From a virus (taxonomy: Duplodnaviria; Heunggongvirae; Uroviricota; Caudoviricetes), in the IMG/VR virus record IMGVR_UViG_2671180637_000024, positions 1 through 26,029 of that record: a DNA stretch of 26,029 bases. One strand, given 5' to 3'. The first letter of the stretch is position 1; each line of letters begins with the position of its first letter. The position numbers were made by a program, and so were the translations under genes. The notes below the pieces were generated by a model. The model did no database searches. It saw only the letters and a program-made list of their open reading frames with translations, and was not told the DNA's origin. Positions 1 to 10,051 of the stretch are shown here, in pieces.

Positions 1-90
1 CGCTGGACATACGCTGGCGGTAAGCAATGGAAAGGGCTGATGACTCGCCGTGAGATTGAGCGTGAAGTCTGTTTGTGGGGGCAGCAATGA
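1..90 (+). CDS. 3' end of an upstream lysis gene, probably endolysin (5'-truncated by window edge)
   Basis: Open frame from position 1 to TGA at 88-90 (…[29 protein letters not shown]), stop overlapping the Rz ATG in an ATGA arrangement; position immediately upstream of Rz/Rz1 is where endolysin genes sit in lambdoid lysis cassettes. Identity is inferred from synteny only. Confidence 0.4.
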   Translation, partial: RWTYAGGKQWKGLMTRREIEREVCLWGQQ

Positions 91-524
91 GCAGGTTAAC
101 CGCGATTATCTCCGCTCTGGTTATCTGCATCATCGTCTGCCTGTCATGGGCTGTTAATCATTACCGTGATAACGCCATCGCCTACAAAGAGCAGCGCGAT
201 AAAGCCACATACATCATCGCTGACATGCAGAAGCGTCAACGTGATGTAGCAGAACTCGACGCCAGATACACAAAGGAGCTTGCTGATGCTAACGCGACTA
301 TCGAAAGTATTCGTGCTGATGTTTCTGCTGGGCGTAAGCGCCTGCAAGTCGCCGCCACCTGTGCAAAGTCAACGACCGGAGCCAGCGGCATGGGCGATGG
401 AGAAAGCCCAGGACTTACAGCAGATGCTGAACTCAATTATTACCGTCTCCGAAGTGGAATCGACAAGATAACCGCGCAGGTTAACTACCTGCAGGAATAC
501 ATCAGGACGCAATGCCTGAAATAA
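87..524 (+). CDS. Rz: Rz-type inner-membrane spanin (i-spanin)
   Basis: N-terminus [31 protein letters not shown] is near-identical to my recollection of lambda Rz; single N-terminal TM helix followed by a charged coiled-coil-like region. ATG at 87 chosen over the GTG at 75 used by the ORF track. Confidence 0.85.
   Translation: MSRLTAIISALVICIIVCLSWAVNHYRDNAIAYKEQRDKATYIIADMQKRQRDVAELDARYTKELADANATIESIRADVSAGRKRLQVAATCAKSTTGASGMGDGESPGLTADAELNYYRLRSGIDKITAQVNYLQEYIRTQCLK
280..471 (+). CDS. Rz1: Rz1-type outer-membrane lipoprotein spanin (o-spanin), embedded in the +1 frame of Rz
   Basis: ORF lies entirely inside Rz in another frame; hydrophobic signal sequence ending in lipobox-like LLGVSAC, followed by proline-rich mature region [14 protein letters not shown], the hallmark architecture of lambda Rz1. 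Exact start codon uncertain. Confidence 0.7.
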   Translation: MLMLTRLSKVFVLMFLLGVSACKSPPPVQSQRPEPAAWAMEKAQDLQQMLNSIITVSEVESTR

Positions 525-556
525 TTTTTTTGCAAATCACAAAGTCCATTTAATGA

Positions 557-580
557 ACCTCGCGATGCGGGGCTTTTTTC
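557..580 (+). terminator. putative intrinsic terminator downstream of the lysis cassette
   Basis: cctcgc-gat-gcgggg hairpin (6-bp GC-rich stem with one G-U pair) at 557-571 followed by TTTTTT at 574-579. Confidence 0.4.
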
Positions 581-762
581 ACATCTGAATTTCAACGCGC
601 ATCTCAGCGCACAATAACCACCTGACCATTTGGAATGAGTCGTTGAAGATACCTGCAGAGTAGACAGAAAAACCAGCAGAATAAACAACAGAGTAACGAA
701 TTAGCTAGCAGGAATGATTGGCCATCAACTACAGCAGTTCCGATTTGATGGCCACAAAAAAG

Positions 763-951
763 TTAGTTCAGATCGGCAACGTAGTTGGTAGCTTCGAGAT
801 TAGTGATACTAAATTCTGACGCCAAAATACGAGCAAGCTCTTCTTTCGAGCTTGCTGTGCGGTTTTGATTAGACCAGGCGATCAAGTAAAAACCATTGCT
901 CTTCGCAAGCATGATTTGTATTGCATTGATAGTTATGTAGTAACTGTCCAA
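763..951 (-). CDS. small hypothetical protein (62 aa) on the opposite strand between lysis and packaging genes
   Basis: Only minus-strand ORF not inside another gene; AT-richer than neighbours; perfect 10-bp inverted repeat (718-727 / 744-753) immediately downstream of its stop. Sits at the position lambda uses for the antisense moron bor, but shows no lipoprotein signal and no recognisable similarity. Could start at an internal ATG (49 aa). Confidence 0.35.
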   Translation of the reverse strand: MDSYYITINAIQIMLAKSNGFYLIAWSNQNRTASSKEELARILASEFSITNLEATNYVADLN

Positions 952-981
952 GAATAAATTACCTCAGTGTTAGGAAAAGTA

Positions 982-1533
982 ATGGCACTCACCGACAAGC
1001 AAGAAATGTTCTGTCGCGAGTACCTCATCGATTTAAACGCCACGCAAGCGGCTATTCGGGCGGGGTACAGCGCAAAGACAGCTAACCGTACCGCATCCGA
1101 AAACCTGTCAAAACCTGACATACAATTCAGAATCGCTGAACTGAAAGCGCAACGCAATGATCTTGTTGGTATTAATGCAGAATATGTACTTAATCGCCTT
1201 ATTGAAATCGACCAGATGGATGTGCTCGACATTCTCCTGCAAAACGGTGAGCTAAAGCCCATTAAAGACTGGCCTAAGGTATGGCGCACAACGCTATCAG
1301 GAATGGATGTCGTGGAGATGGTATCCGCAGATAGCGCCGCACTTCTGAAGAAAATCAAATGGCCTGATAAGGTTAAAAACCTTGAGTTGCTTGGGCGTCA
1401 TGTTTCTGTTCAGGCGTTTAAAGACAACGTCAAAAATGAAGTGACTGGCGCTGATGGAGGACCAGTCAGAACAGAAATTACCAACTTAACGCCGGAGCAG
1501 GCTGCAGAGGCGTATAGAAAAATGATGGGCTAA
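982..1533 (+). CDS. terminase small subunit
   Basis: N-terminal motif [28 protein letters not shown] is typical of phage small terminase DNA-binding domains; directly precedes the large terminase. ATG at 982 with AGGA 5 nt upstream preferred over GTG at 967. Confidence 0.8.
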   Translation: MALTDKQEMFCREYLIDLNATQAAIRAGYSAKTANRTASENLSKPDIQFRIAELKAQRNDLVGINAEYVLNRLIEIDQMDVLDILLQNGELKPIKDWPKVWRTTLSGMDVVEMVSADSAALLKKIKWPDKVKNLELLGRHVSVQAFKDNVKNEVTGADGGPVRTEITNLTPEQAAEAYRKMMG

Positions 1534-1535
1534 GT

Positions 1536-3158
1536 ATGCCGTTACCATTCCCCTTCGATTTTAAACATCCTGATTACCAGATGGTTTTTGAATGGCGGAT
1601 GGAACGCCTACAGCGCATTCGCCAGAATCCTGAAATATTGCCCGTATTGAAGCAGTTTTACCGAACCAATCCGGCTCAGTTCATCATCGACTGGGGCATG
1701 ACAACGGACCCGCGTAATATTGATTATGGCCTGCCGGTGACCATTCCGTTTTTACTCTTCCCTAAGCAGGAGGAGTGGATCCACTGGATTATGGAACGCT
1801 GGGGCAATCGGGAGAATGGTATTACCGAAAAATCCCGTGAAATGGGGCTCAGTTGGACCGCGATCGGACTGGCCTGCTCGCTTTGTCTCTTCAACAAAGA
1901 AATGGTTATCGGTTTCGGCTCCCGTAAAGAGGAATACGTCGACAGCACTGGTGACCCGAAAGCATTGTTCTGGAAGGCACGCAAGTTCGTGGAAACGCTA
2001 CCTGTAGAGTTTCGCGGTTCGTGGAGCGAGAAGAAGCACGCGCCATATATGCGTGTTGAGTTTCCTGAAACTGGTGCCGTTATCAAAGGCGAGGCTGGCG
2101 ATAATATTGGTCGTGGTGACCGTACCACGCTTTATCTGGTTGATGAGGCTGCATTCCTTCAGCGTCCTCTGCTGATTGATGCGGCGTTGTCACAAACGAC
2201 GCGTTGCCGTATCGACCTGAGTTCAGTTAACGGCATGGCTAACCCGTTCGCTCAGAAGCGTCATGGCGGGAAGATACCGGTATTCACATTCCACTGGCGG
2301 GATGATCCTCGCAAGGATGAAGAGTGGTATCGCAGGGAATGCGAGAAAATCGATAATCCGGTGGTGGTGGCACAGGAACTTGATCTGAACTACAGCGCAT
2401 CAGCGGAAGGCGTTCTGATTCCATCCGAATGGGTACAGGCTGCCGTTGATGCGCATATCAAACTGGGTATCCAGCCAACAGGCAAACGACTTGGCGCGAT
2501 GGATGTCGCCGACGAAGGCAGGGACAAAAATGCCTTTTCCACCCGTCATGGCTTCCTCCTGGAAAATGTGCGGGAATGGTCCGGTGTGGGCAGCGACATT
2601 TATCAGTCCGTCGAGAAGGTTTTCGGCTTTTGCGAACAGGACAACCTCGAAGAGTTTCGCTTTGACGAGGACGGGCTGGGCGCTGGCGTTCGCGGCGATG
2701 CACGCGCTATCAACGAACTGCGTAACGCTGCGCGTCGACCGTCAATACTTGCCACACCGTTTCGAGGTAGTGGCGCGGTATTTGATCCGGATGATGAAGC
2801 TGTTCGCGGGGACAACGGGCAAGCCGCACGTCTGAACAAGGACTTCTTCGCTAACGCCAAAGCCCAGAGCTGGTGGCGGTTACGTAAACTTTTTCAGAAT
2901 ACCTGGCGCGCCGTGGTTGAAGGTATGGCTTACAACCCGGACGAAATCATCTCAATCAGCAGTAGCATGGCACTCAAAGATAAACTCATCATCGAGCTTT
3001 CGCAGCCGACCTATTCCATTAATGGTGTGGGAAAAATCGTTATTGATAAACAGCCTGATGGAACCCGATCGCCAAACCTTGCCGACTCGGTGATGATCAA
3101 CTATGCCCCAATGAATTCAGCCCTGAACATCTGGGAGCTGCTAGGGAGACAGGCCTGA
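1536..3158 (+). CDS. terminase large subunit
   Basis: 540-aa product immediately after small terminase and before portal; contains ATPase-like and nuclease-like regions (e.g. [11 protein letters not shown] Walker-B-like stretch). Family assigned by size, synteny and motif recollection. Confidence 0.85.
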   Translation: MPLPFPFDFKHPDYQMVFEWRMERLQRIRQNPEILPVLKQFYRTNPAQFIIDWGMTTDPRNIDYGLPVTIPFLLFPKQEEWIHWIMERWGNRENGITEKSREMGLSWTAIGLACSLCLFNKEMVIGFGSRKEEYVDSTGDPKALFWKARKFVETLPVEFRGSWSEKKHAPYMRVEFPETGAVIKGEAGDNIGRGDRTTLYLVDEAAFLQRPLLIDAALSQTTRCRIDLSSVNGMANPFAQKRHGGKIPVFTFHWRDDPRKDEEWYRRECEKIDNPVVVAQELDLNYSASAEGVLIPSEWVQAAVDAHIKLGIQPTGKRLGAMDVADEGRDKNAFSTRHGFLLENVREWSGVGSDIYQSVEKVFGFCEQDNLEEFRFDEDGLGAGVRGDARAINELRNAARRPSILATPFRGSGAVFDPDDEAVRGDNGQAARLNKDFFANAKAQSWWRLRKLFQNTWRAVVEGMAYNPDEIISISSSMALKDKLIIELSQPTYSINGVGKIVIDKQPDGTRSPNLADSVMINYAPMNSALNIWELLGRQA

Positions 3159-4624
3159 TGGCACGAAACAAACAAGCCCTGCGGCGAACTGCGCAGGCCA
3201 CAGCTGATGGTTATGAGAATTTTATTGCCCGCGTAGGGATACAGACGCCTAACCAGCACTCAGCATCGACCTACCGGGCTAACTTCACCAGCCGCAACCG
3301 CATGCTGGTGGAATGGTCCTATCGTTCGTCCTGGATCATCGGCGAAGCGGTCGACGCTATCCCGGACGATATGACCCGGAAAGGCATTCGCATCACTTCG
3401 GAGATTGACGCCAAAGACCGTGGCACCCTGGAAGCGCAGCTGGATGAGTTGCAGATCTGGGATGCGCTGAACGACGTGCTGAAATGGTCGCGCCTCTACG
3501 GCGGCGCGGTCGGCTTCATCATGATCGAGGGGCAGGCACCAATGACCCCGCTGCGGCTCGAAACCATTGGAGAAGGCAAGTTTAAGGGCATTCTCCCGCT
3601 CGACCGCTGGATGATTAACCCAGTCCTGACCCGCCGCATTAAAGAGATGGGGCCGGATCTCGGCAAACCTGAGTTTTACGACGTGGTGACCACTGCCACG
3701 GGCATTCCAGCCTGGCGCATCCATCACAGCCGCCTGATTCGCTTCGACGGGGTGACGCTGCCATTCCAGCAGAAGATGACCGAGAACGAATGGGGAATGT
3801 CGGTTGTAGAGCGTATCTGGGATCGTCTTACCGCGTTCGACAGCGCTACTGTCGGCGCGGCGCAGCTGGTCTACAAAGCGCATTTGCGTACCTACAGCGT
3901 GGAGAAGCTACGCGAGCTTATCGCACTTGGTGGTCCTGCGTATGAAGCGCTGCTGAAGAACATCGACCTGATCCGCCAGTTCCAGAGCAATGAAGGCATG
4001 ACGCTCATGGACTCGCGGGATAAGTTCGAAACCCACCAGTACAGCTTCAGCGGTCTGGATGACATTCTTTCGCAGTTCGCTGAGCAGATCAGCGGTGCCG
4101 TTGGTATCCCACTGGTGCGGTTGTTCGGACAGTCCCCGAAGGGATTTTCTACCGGCGATGCAGACCTTGCCAACTATTACGACCGGGTAAGCTCGTTGCA
4201 GGAGAGGCGTTTACGTCTTCCGGTGCGGCGGATACTGGACATCATGCATCGTTCGGAGCTTGGCAAGCCGCTGCCGGACGATTTCACGTTTGAGTTTAAC
4301 CCGCTCTGGCAAATGTCTGATGTCGATCGCTCAACGGTGGCGTTAAACACTACCAACGCAATCAGTACAGCGCTGGGTGATGGTCTGATGACACTGAAAG
4401 CCGCTATGACTGATTTGCGCGAAAATTCTGACGTAACCGGCATCGGGGCGTCCATTACCGACGAGGACATAGAGAATGCCGAAGACGAAGCGCCGCCAGG
4501 CATCAGCGAACTTGGCGACAAACCGCCAGAGTCGCCAGGCGGAGATCCGATATCGAACGAGCCTACGGCAGATAGCGCGGGCGGTCGGGGATATCGTAAA
4601 TGGTCGCTACGATGGTTCAAATGA
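3158..4624 (+). CDS. portal protein
   Basis: 488-aa product following large terminase with ATGA start/stop overlap; acidic low-complexity C-terminal tail; standard position for portal. Confidence 0.75.
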   Translation: MARNKQALRRTAQATADGYENFIARVGIQTPNQHSASTYRANFTSRNRMLVEWSYRSSWIIGEAVDAIPDDMTRKGIRITSEIDAKDRGTLEAQLDELQIWDALNDVLKWSRLYGGAVGFIMIEGQAPMTPLRLETIGEGKFKGILPLDRWMINPVLTRRIKEMGPDLGKPEFYDVVTTATGIPAWRIHHSRLIRFDGVTLPFQQKMTENEWGMSVVERIWDRLTAFDSATVGAAQLVYKAHLRTYSVEKLRELIALGGPAYEALLKNIDLIRQFQSNEGMTLMDSRDKFETHQYSFSGLDDILSQFAEQISGAVGIPLVRLFGQSPKGFSTGDADLANYYDRVSSLQERRLRLPVRRILDIMHRSELGKPLPDDFTFEFNPLWQMSDVDRSTVALNTTNAISTALGDGLMTLKAAMTDLRENSDVTGIGASITDEDIENAEDEAPPGISELGDKPPESPGGDPISNEPTADSAGGRGYRKWSLRWFK

Positions 4625-5249
4625 CAGTGTCACCGAAATAATGGATGCGCTGGAGCGCTACAGCGAAATCATCACCCCCTGGGCGACGAAGGTTGCTGAG
4701 AACTTTACCGCCGACATTGCACGCCAGAATGAAAAGCAGTGGCGTCAGCACAGCCGGAACATCAGCGCAGAGCTGCGCAACATGGTCGACCGCGCCCCGG
4801 TAGGCCAGGTGATGAAATCCATCGTCGCCGAGCAAATTAAGTACATCAAGTCACTGCCTCTTGAGGCCGCCGATCGGGTGTATGACATTCAGAACAAGGC
4901 CATCGAGGCCGTTGTGTCTGGTGGCCGCGCTGAACCATTCGCGAAAGAGATAGCAGCGTCCGGTGACGTGTCACGCTCACGAGCGAACCTTATCGCCCGT
5001 ACCGAGCTTGGACGTGCAACCGGCGCACTGGATCAGGCGCGTGCGCTGTCAATCGGCTCGAATGGTTATATCTGGCGTACAGCCGAAGATGGCGACGTCC
5101 GGCATTCTCATCGGGAGATGGAAGGTAAGTTTGTCGAATGGGGCAAACCTCCAACGCTTGATGGCATGACCGGTCACGCTGGCGAGCTCCCGAATTGTCG
5201 CTGTTATAAAGAAATCGTTTTTCCCAACCCTCATTCTTATCTCGCCTGA
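4476..5249 (+). CDS. minor head (head morphogenesis) protein, Mu F / SPP1 gp7-like
   Basis: C-terminal region with HSHREMEG…CRCY resembles Mu-F-like head morphogenesis proteins; follows portal. ATG at 4476 has a GAGGA Shine-Dalgarno 8 nt upstream, so I favour it although it overlaps the portal 3' end by 149 nt; alternative start is ATG 4641. Confidence 0.7.
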   Translation: MPKTKRRQASANLATNRQSRQAEIRYRTSLRQIARAVGDIVNGRYDGSNDSVTEIMDALERYSEIITPWATKVAENFTADIARQNEKQWRQHSRNISAELRNMVDRAPVGQVMKSIVAEQIKYIKSLPLEAADRVYDIQNKAIEAVVSGGRAEPFAKEIAASGDVSRSRANLIARTELGRATGALDQARALSIGSNGYIWRTAEDGDVRHSHREMEGKFVEWGKPPTLDGMTGHAGELPNCRCYKEIVFPNPHSYLA

Positions 5250-5263
5250 ATCGCAGGTAAACC

Positions 5264-6484
5264 ATGAAATATTTTTTCAATACCCGGCTGGGGGAAACCC
5301 GCTATCAGCTGGCTGACGGCTCGCTGCTGTGCAAAGACGTGCCGATAGGTCGAACGGGTAAGCAGCTCTACGGCGCTGCCGATCTGCCAAACCTCAAACC
5401 CGACAAGCTCGGTGAGATAGTCGTAACGCGTTCTCCTGAGCAGGTATTCCATCCGGCCACGCTCGCCTCATTCGAAGGGATGAGCATCACGATCCTGCAT
5501 CCTGAAGATGAAAACGGGAATGTGCGGCTGGTAAATCCCGAGAACTGGAAAGAGCTTGCTGTCGGTCACCTCCAGAATGTCCGGCGCGGGACGGGTGAGC
5601 AGTCTGATTTGATGCTGGCTGACCTTATCGTCAAAGACGAAAACGCCATTCAGCTTATCGAAGATGGCCTGCGTGAAGTATCGTGCGGCTATGACGCGGA
5701 GTACGAGCAGACCGAGCCAGGTAAAGCCGAGCAGGTCGATATTACCGGAAACCATGTGGCTCTTGTCCCCAAAGGCAGAGCCGGAAATCGTTGTGCAATT
5801 GGAGACAGAGACACAATGGCAAATCAAAAGAAAAACTGGTGGAACCGCATGCGTGCAGCCATCAAGACAGGAGATGCCGACACCATGAACGAACTGGTGG
5901 AGTCGGCTCCCGCATCGGTTACAGGAGATGAGGGGGATTTGCCGCAGGGCGTTAATCTCAACATCAACCTGTCCCCGCAGCAACCGCTACCGGACAAAGC
6001 ACCAGAGATGGGCGGAGGTCCAACGGGCGACAGTGATGATGACCTCAAAACATTACTGAAAGCCCTGCTGGCTAAGCTGGAAGGAAATGCGACGGGCGAT
6101 AACGACAATAAGCCTGACGATAATCCGACCGGTGACGGCGAGGACGATGAAGAGGAAACCACGATTACTGGTGACTCAGCCTGGCGTGCCGAAGTTATCG
6201 TTCCGGGTATTGATCTGAGCCGTAAGATGAAACCGACCGCGTTCAAACGTGAGGTTCTGGCTTCTGCTGACAAAACGCTGGTTCGCCAGATAGTCGGTGA
6301 TGCGGATATCCGCAAATTGCCGAAACAATCAGTCGACATGGCGTTTAATGCCGTGTCTGAGATTGCCAAAGGGCGAAACACCCGCGCCACCACCGGCGAT
6401 GCACAGCGCCCAAATATGGGCATGACCAGTATCGCTTCCCTGAACAAACAAAACGCTGAATTCTGGGCAAACCGTAAAGGGTAA
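5264..6484 (+). CDS. putative capsid scaffolding/maturation protein
   Basis: 406-aa product between minor head protein and capsid genes, with a strongly acidic low-complexity region (…DDNPTGDGEDDEEETT…). Recalled as resembling the DUF2213-type proteins found upstream of capsid genes; not verified. Confidence 0.5.
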   Translation: MKYFFNTRLGETRYQLADGSLLCKDVPIGRTGKQLYGAADLPNLKPDKLGEIVVTRSPEQVFHPATLASFEGMSITILHPEDENGNVRLVNPENWKELAVGHLQNVRRGTGEQSDLMLADLIVKDENAIQLIEDGLREVSCGYDAEYEQTEPGKAEQVDITGNHVALVPKGRAGNRCAIGDRDTMANQKKNWWNRMRAAIKTGDADTMNELVESAPASVTGDEGDLPQGVNLNINLSPQQPLPDKAPEMGGGPTGDSDDDLKTLLKALLAKLEGNATGDNDNKPDDNPTGDGEDDEEETTITGDSAWRAEVIVPGIDLSRKMKPTAFKREVLASADKTLVRQIVGDADIRKLPKQSVDMAFNAVSEIAKGRNTRATTGDAQRPNMGMTSIASLNKQNAEFWANRKG

Positions 6485-6487
6485 AAA

Positions 6488-6994
6488 ATGAATAATGTAT
6501 TTCTGTACCGGATGCCTGTTGGCATTGCCGGGGCTGTCTCTCGCCCGCAGGACTTAACCGTCGAACCGGTGGTCCTTAAATCCGATAACGCCTTTGCTGC
6601 CTATGGGCTGGCTGGTAAATACGATGATGACGGTTTTTTCGTGCCGCTGGCAGATGGTGATACCGCAGACAAGGTGAAGGGGATCTACGTGCGCCCTTAT
6701 CCGACCACTTCGCAGCCGGACATGGTTCGCCAGGTGGGGAGTGGCAAGAACTTCCCGGGCGACGCCATGAAGCGTGGCTACGTGACCGTTAATCTCGGTT
6801 CTGATTTTGATGCCAGCACCATCAAAAAAGGCGACCCGGTATACGTTGTCGTCTCCACTGATGAATCCATCAAAGTGCCGCTGGGTGGATTCATGGCCAC
6901 GTCAGTCAGTGGCAAAAACGTGGTGCTGACCAACGCTGAATTCACAGGTGCCGGTGATGCTAACGGCAATGCAGAAATTTCCTGGAAGATTTAA
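6488..6994 (+). CDS. putative head structural/decoration protein
   Basis: 168-aa ORF tightly coupled between scaffold-like and major capsid genes; function inferred from position only. Confidence 0.4.
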   Translation: MNNVFLYRMPVGIAGAVSRPQDLTVEPVVLKSDNAFAAYGLAGKYDDDGFFVPLADGDTADKVKGIYVRPYPTTSQPDMVRQVGSGKNFPGDAMKRGYVTVNLGSDFDASTIKKGDPVYVVVSTDESIKVPLGGFMATSVSGKNVVLTNAEFTGAGDANGNAEISWKI

Positions 6995-7005
6995 GGAACA
7001 GACGA

Positions 7006-7947
7006 ATGATTACTTTTGATCAGGCAACCGTTGACAGCTCTGGTGCCTTTCTCATCGGGGAGCTGGAACGACTCGACCAGACGCTGAACCTGCCACTGGT
7101 GGGGTACACCTGGACCCGCGATATCCAACTGCGTGAAGATGTCTCCATCGCAGATGACATTTCCAGCTGGACGAATACCAGCTTCGCCGCTGCGGGTACT
7201 GGTGCAAATCCGAATGGCAAAAACTGGGTAGGCAAAGACTCAACCGCTATTGCTGGCGTGAACGTGGATATCGGCAAATCCGGTAACCCGCTGAACCTGT
7301 GGGGGATGGAACTTGGCTGGACGGTCATAGAATTGCAGGCTGCTCAGCAGGTCGGCCGCCCGATTGATACGCAGAAGTATGACGGTATGCAACTGAAATG
7401 GCAGATGGATAACGATGAACAGGTATATGTTGGCGATTCCGCATTAAACCTGAAAGGCCTTGTTACCCTGGACGGCGTGCCTGTCAACAACGCTGCCAAA
7501 ACGTGGGCAACCTCAACACCGGACGAAATCCGCGCAAGCATTAACCAGGCGCTGTCTGATGCGTGGGCCGCTTCCGGTTACTCTGTGGTTCCGCGTGATT
7601 TGCTGATCCCGCCTGAGCAGTTTGCTCTGTTGTCCAGCATCATCGTTTCATCTGCGGGTAACCAGTCCCTGTTGACGTATCTTCAGACCAACACCATCAG
7701 CTATCACCAGAACGGTGTTCCGCTGAATATCCGCGCGGTTAAATGGCTGAAAGGCCGTGGTGTGGGGAAAAAGGATCGCATGGTTGCGTACACCAACGAT
7801 AAAAAATACGTCCGCTACCCGCTGGTTCCGCTTCAGAGCGTGCCGGTGCAGTATCGCGGTCTGTATCAGATCGTCACTTACTACGGCAAGCTGGGTGCAG
7901 TCGAGCCAGTGTACAAAGAAACCATTTCGTACGTTGATGGCATTTAA
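7006..7947 (+). CDS. major capsid protein
   Basis: 313-aa ORF in the canonical capsid position, followed by a strong hairpin; recalled similarity to DUF2184-type major capsid proteins, unverified. Confidence 0.7.
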   Translation: MITFDQATVDSSGAFLIGELERLDQTLNLPLVGYTWTRDIQLREDVSIADDISSWTNTSFAAAGTGANPNGKNWVGKDSTAIAGVNVDIGKSGNPLNLWGMELGWTVIELQAAQQVGRPIDTQKYDGMQLKWQMDNDEQVYVGDSALNLKGLVTLDGVPVNNAAKTWATSTPDEIRASINQALSDAWAASGYSVVPRDLLIPPEQFALLSSIIVSSAGNQSLLTYLQTNTISYHQNGVPLNIRAVKWLKGRGVGKKDRMVAYTNDKKYVRYPLVPLQSVPVQYRGLYQIVTYYGKLGAVEPVYKETISYVDGI

Positions 7948-7988
7948 CAGCCACATGGCCCCCTGGTGGGGCCATTAAGGATGACCCG

Positions 7989-8210
7989 ATGGCAAAAAAT
8001 GATGCAGTAATACACGTACATACCCCGTTTGTGCTCACGCTTCCCGACGGTTCTCGGCGCGAGTTTGTTAAAGGCCGTCATGCTGTGGAGGAAGACGTTG
8101 CCACGCACTGGTTCACTCGTGCGCACGCGGAAGTATCCGTTGGCAAAGCCACAGACGCGCGTAACGAGGTAAAAAATGCCAAAGAATCAAAGTCTGCCAG
8201 CGGTAAGTGA
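7989..8210 (+). CDS. small hypothetical protein in head module
   Basis: 73-aa ORF with AGGA Shine-Dalgarno 7 nt upstream of ATG 7989; same strand and spacing as the structural operon. Confidence 0.5.
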   Translation: MAKNDAVIHVHTPFVLTLPDGSRREFVKGRHAVEEDVATHWFTRAHAEVSVGKATDARNEVKNAKESKSASGK

Positions 8211-8583
8211 TTTTCGCCGCGACTTCCCGCAGTTTGCTGACCCTGCCAAATATCCCGAAGCGCAAATCCAGTTTCGTCTGAATCTGGCCGATGAACTGCT
8301 GAGCGAAAACGTCACCGGCAAAAAGTTGTTTCCGTACTTTGCCGGGTTGTTCGTTGCGCACTACATGACGCTCTGGGCGGCAGACAGCCGGGCGATGCTG
8401 GCTGGGGGGCCGGGCGGTTCAACCAATGGTGTTCAGTCCTCAAAGTCCGTGGATAAGGTAAGCGTCAGTTATGACACCAGCGCGACGCTGAATCCTGATG
8501 CAGGTTTCTGGAATAACACCCGATATGGCGCTGAATTTTATCAGTTGATCACGATGTTCGGTGCAGGTGGTCGCCAGCTATGA
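8176..8583 (+). CDS. putative head-tail connector/adaptor protein
   Basis: 135-aa ORF with GAGG Shine-Dalgarno; in the head-completion position. Family guess (DUF4054-like) is from memory only. Confidence 0.5.
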   Translation: MPKNQSLPAVSDFRRDFPQFADPAKYPEAQIQFRLNLADELLSENVTGKKLFPYFAGLFVAHYMTLWAADSRAMLAGGPGGSTNGVQSSKSVDKVSVSYDTSATLNPDAGFWNNTRYGAEFYQLITMFGAGGRQL

Positions 8584-9134
8584 GTTTCAAAAGCGGTGTA
8601 ACAACGAGGGTGGATAACGCTAAGGCCATTCTGGATGCGCTCAGGTCGTTAACCAAAAAAGATGTGCTGGTCGGCATCCCTTCGGAAGACAGCGGGCGGG
8701 ATGATGTTCCGTTTGGTAATGCGGGCATCGGTTACCTCAACGAATACGGCTCACCAGAGCAGAACATCCCGCCACGACCTCACCTGGTCCCCGGCGTTAA
8801 ATCGGCAGAAGAGCAGACGGTGCCGCAGCTCAAAGTCGCGGCGCAGGCTGCACTTGATGGTAATGCTGCGGGAGCAGAAAGCGCACTCAACCGTGCCGGA
8901 ACGCTGGCCGCTAATGGCGTCAGGCGTTACATGACCATTACCGGCTTTACGCCGCTTGCTGACAGTACTGTTGAAGCCAGGGCTCGTCGGGGGCGCAAGG
9001 GGGCAACACTGGAACTTGCCCGGCGTGCTGCTGGCGAATCTCCGGGAACCGAACTGGCGAAACCATTAATTGATACCGGGCAATATCGCAGAGCTATTAC
9101 CCATGTTGTGAGGGATAAAGATGCCGACTCTTGA
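8580..9134 (+). CDS. putative head-tail joining protein
   Basis: 184-aa ORF, ATGA overlap with the upstream gene, in the head-to-tail joining block. Confidence 0.5.
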   Translation: MSFKSGVTTRVDNAKAILDALRSLTKKDVLVGIPSEDSGRDDVPFGNAGIGYLNEYGSPEQNIPPRPHLVPGVKSAEEQTVPQLKVAAQAALDGNAAGAESALNRAGTLAANGVRRYMTITGFTPLADSTVEARARRGRKGATLELARRAAGESPGTELAKPLIDTGQYRRAITHVVRDKDADS

Positions 9135-9510
9135 TGTAACAGATGTGCTTTTTGACCCCGATTTTTGCAACTTCAATTTGTGGGTAACACGCCGAGTGCA
9201 AACGGTGGATGAGGACGGGATCGGCAGCGACAGCGAAGTTAAAAAGCAGTTTGCCGGAGTCGTAACTGTTGATCGCTCTCTGGAAAACCGCCGTATGCAG
9301 GCCGGGCAGGTAATCAGTGGTGCAATTCTGATTGTGACGACTGAGCGACTGACGCAGGGACAGACTGGCCGTGATGCCGATATCGTGACGTATCAGGGCC
9401 GTGATTATCGTGTGACCTTCGTCGACCCGTATACAGCTTATGGGGCCGGATTCGTTCAGGCGCATTGTGAGTTACTGCCGTTTGATGGGGGAACTCCGGT
9501 TGAGCAATAA
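9121..9510 (+). CDS. putative head/tail completion protein
   Basis: 129-aa ORF overlapping the upstream stop by 14 nt; part of the co-directional structural operon. Confidence 0.5.
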   Translation: MPTLDVTDVLFDPDFCNFNLWVTRRVQTVDEDGIGSDSEVKKQFAGVVTVDRSLENRRMQAGQVISGAILIVTTERLTQGQTGRDADIVTYQGRDYRVTFVDPYTAYGAGFVQAHCELLPFDGGTPVEQ

Positions 9511-10048
9511 CACCAGTACAGAGCGCGGATGGTTAATACCAACCAGTGGCGATCCGGATTATGACGAAGCGCTCGACAGGCTGTTAAGCCAGTGGATGCG
9601 TAACGTTTCCGGTCTGTCTGCCGGGATGGTTCGCCCGCGCTGGCAGAAAGAGCAGCCGCCATTGCTACCGGCTGAAACGAACTGGTGTGCGTTTGGGGTT
9701 ATCGGATGGTCAGGTGATGACAGTCCGGCATTCACCAGACAGACCGATGATGGCTCTCAGCTCTGGCGGCATGAAACGATTGAGTGTATGGCTTCGTTTT
9801 ATGGTCCGGCGGGGATGGTGTATGCGTCCCGGTTTCGTGACGGTATATCTGTACCGCAGAACAACGCAGCACTGAATGCGCTGGGGCTGTCTCTTGGCGA
9901 TTACACAGGTCTGACTCCCTTCCCTGAACTTATTAATCAGCAATGGGTCCGCCGCTACGATATGACGGTGCGCCTGCGCCGGAAGGTTGTGCGCGAGTAC
10001 GGTATTAAATCGCTGGTGGAAGCACCAGTCATCTTTTTCGGAGATTAA
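9485..10048 (+). CDS. putative tail completion / sheath-stabilising protein
   Basis: ORF open from 9440; true start uncertain (ATG 9485, TTG 9500 or ATG 9440); immediately precedes the sheath gene. Confidence 0.45.
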   Translation: MGELRLSNNTSTERGWLIPTSGDPDYDEALDRLLSQWMRNVSGLSAGMVRPRWQKEQPPLLPAETNWCAFGVIGWSGDDSPAFTRQTDDGSQLWRHETIECMASFYGPAGMVYASRFRDGISVPQNNAALNALGLSLGDYTGLTPFPELINQQWVRRYDMTVRLRRKVVREYGIKSLVEAPVIFFGD

Positions 10049-10051
10049 GCT

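Noticed and set aside
525-966. cos or pac packaging site between lysis genes and small terminase
   Set aside because: Position is suggestive but I could not identify a convincing cohesive-end or pac motif by eye; cannot be supported without comparison to phage ends.
3260-3883. 207-aa minus-strand ORF inside the portal gene
   Set aside because: Lies entirely antisense within a well-supported coding region; high-GC shadow ORF with no independent start context.
4641-5249. Shorter minor head protein starting at ATG 4641, avoiding overlap with the portal gene
   Set aside because: No Shine-Dalgarno upstream of 4641, whereas ATG 4476 has GAGGA at ideal spacing; kept 4476 as primary call but the shorter form remains possible.
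5824-6525. 233-aa minus-strand ORF overlapping the scaffold-like gene
   Set aside because: Serine/proline-rich low-complexity translation typical of an antisense frame of an acidic region; no plausible promoter or Shine-Dalgarno.
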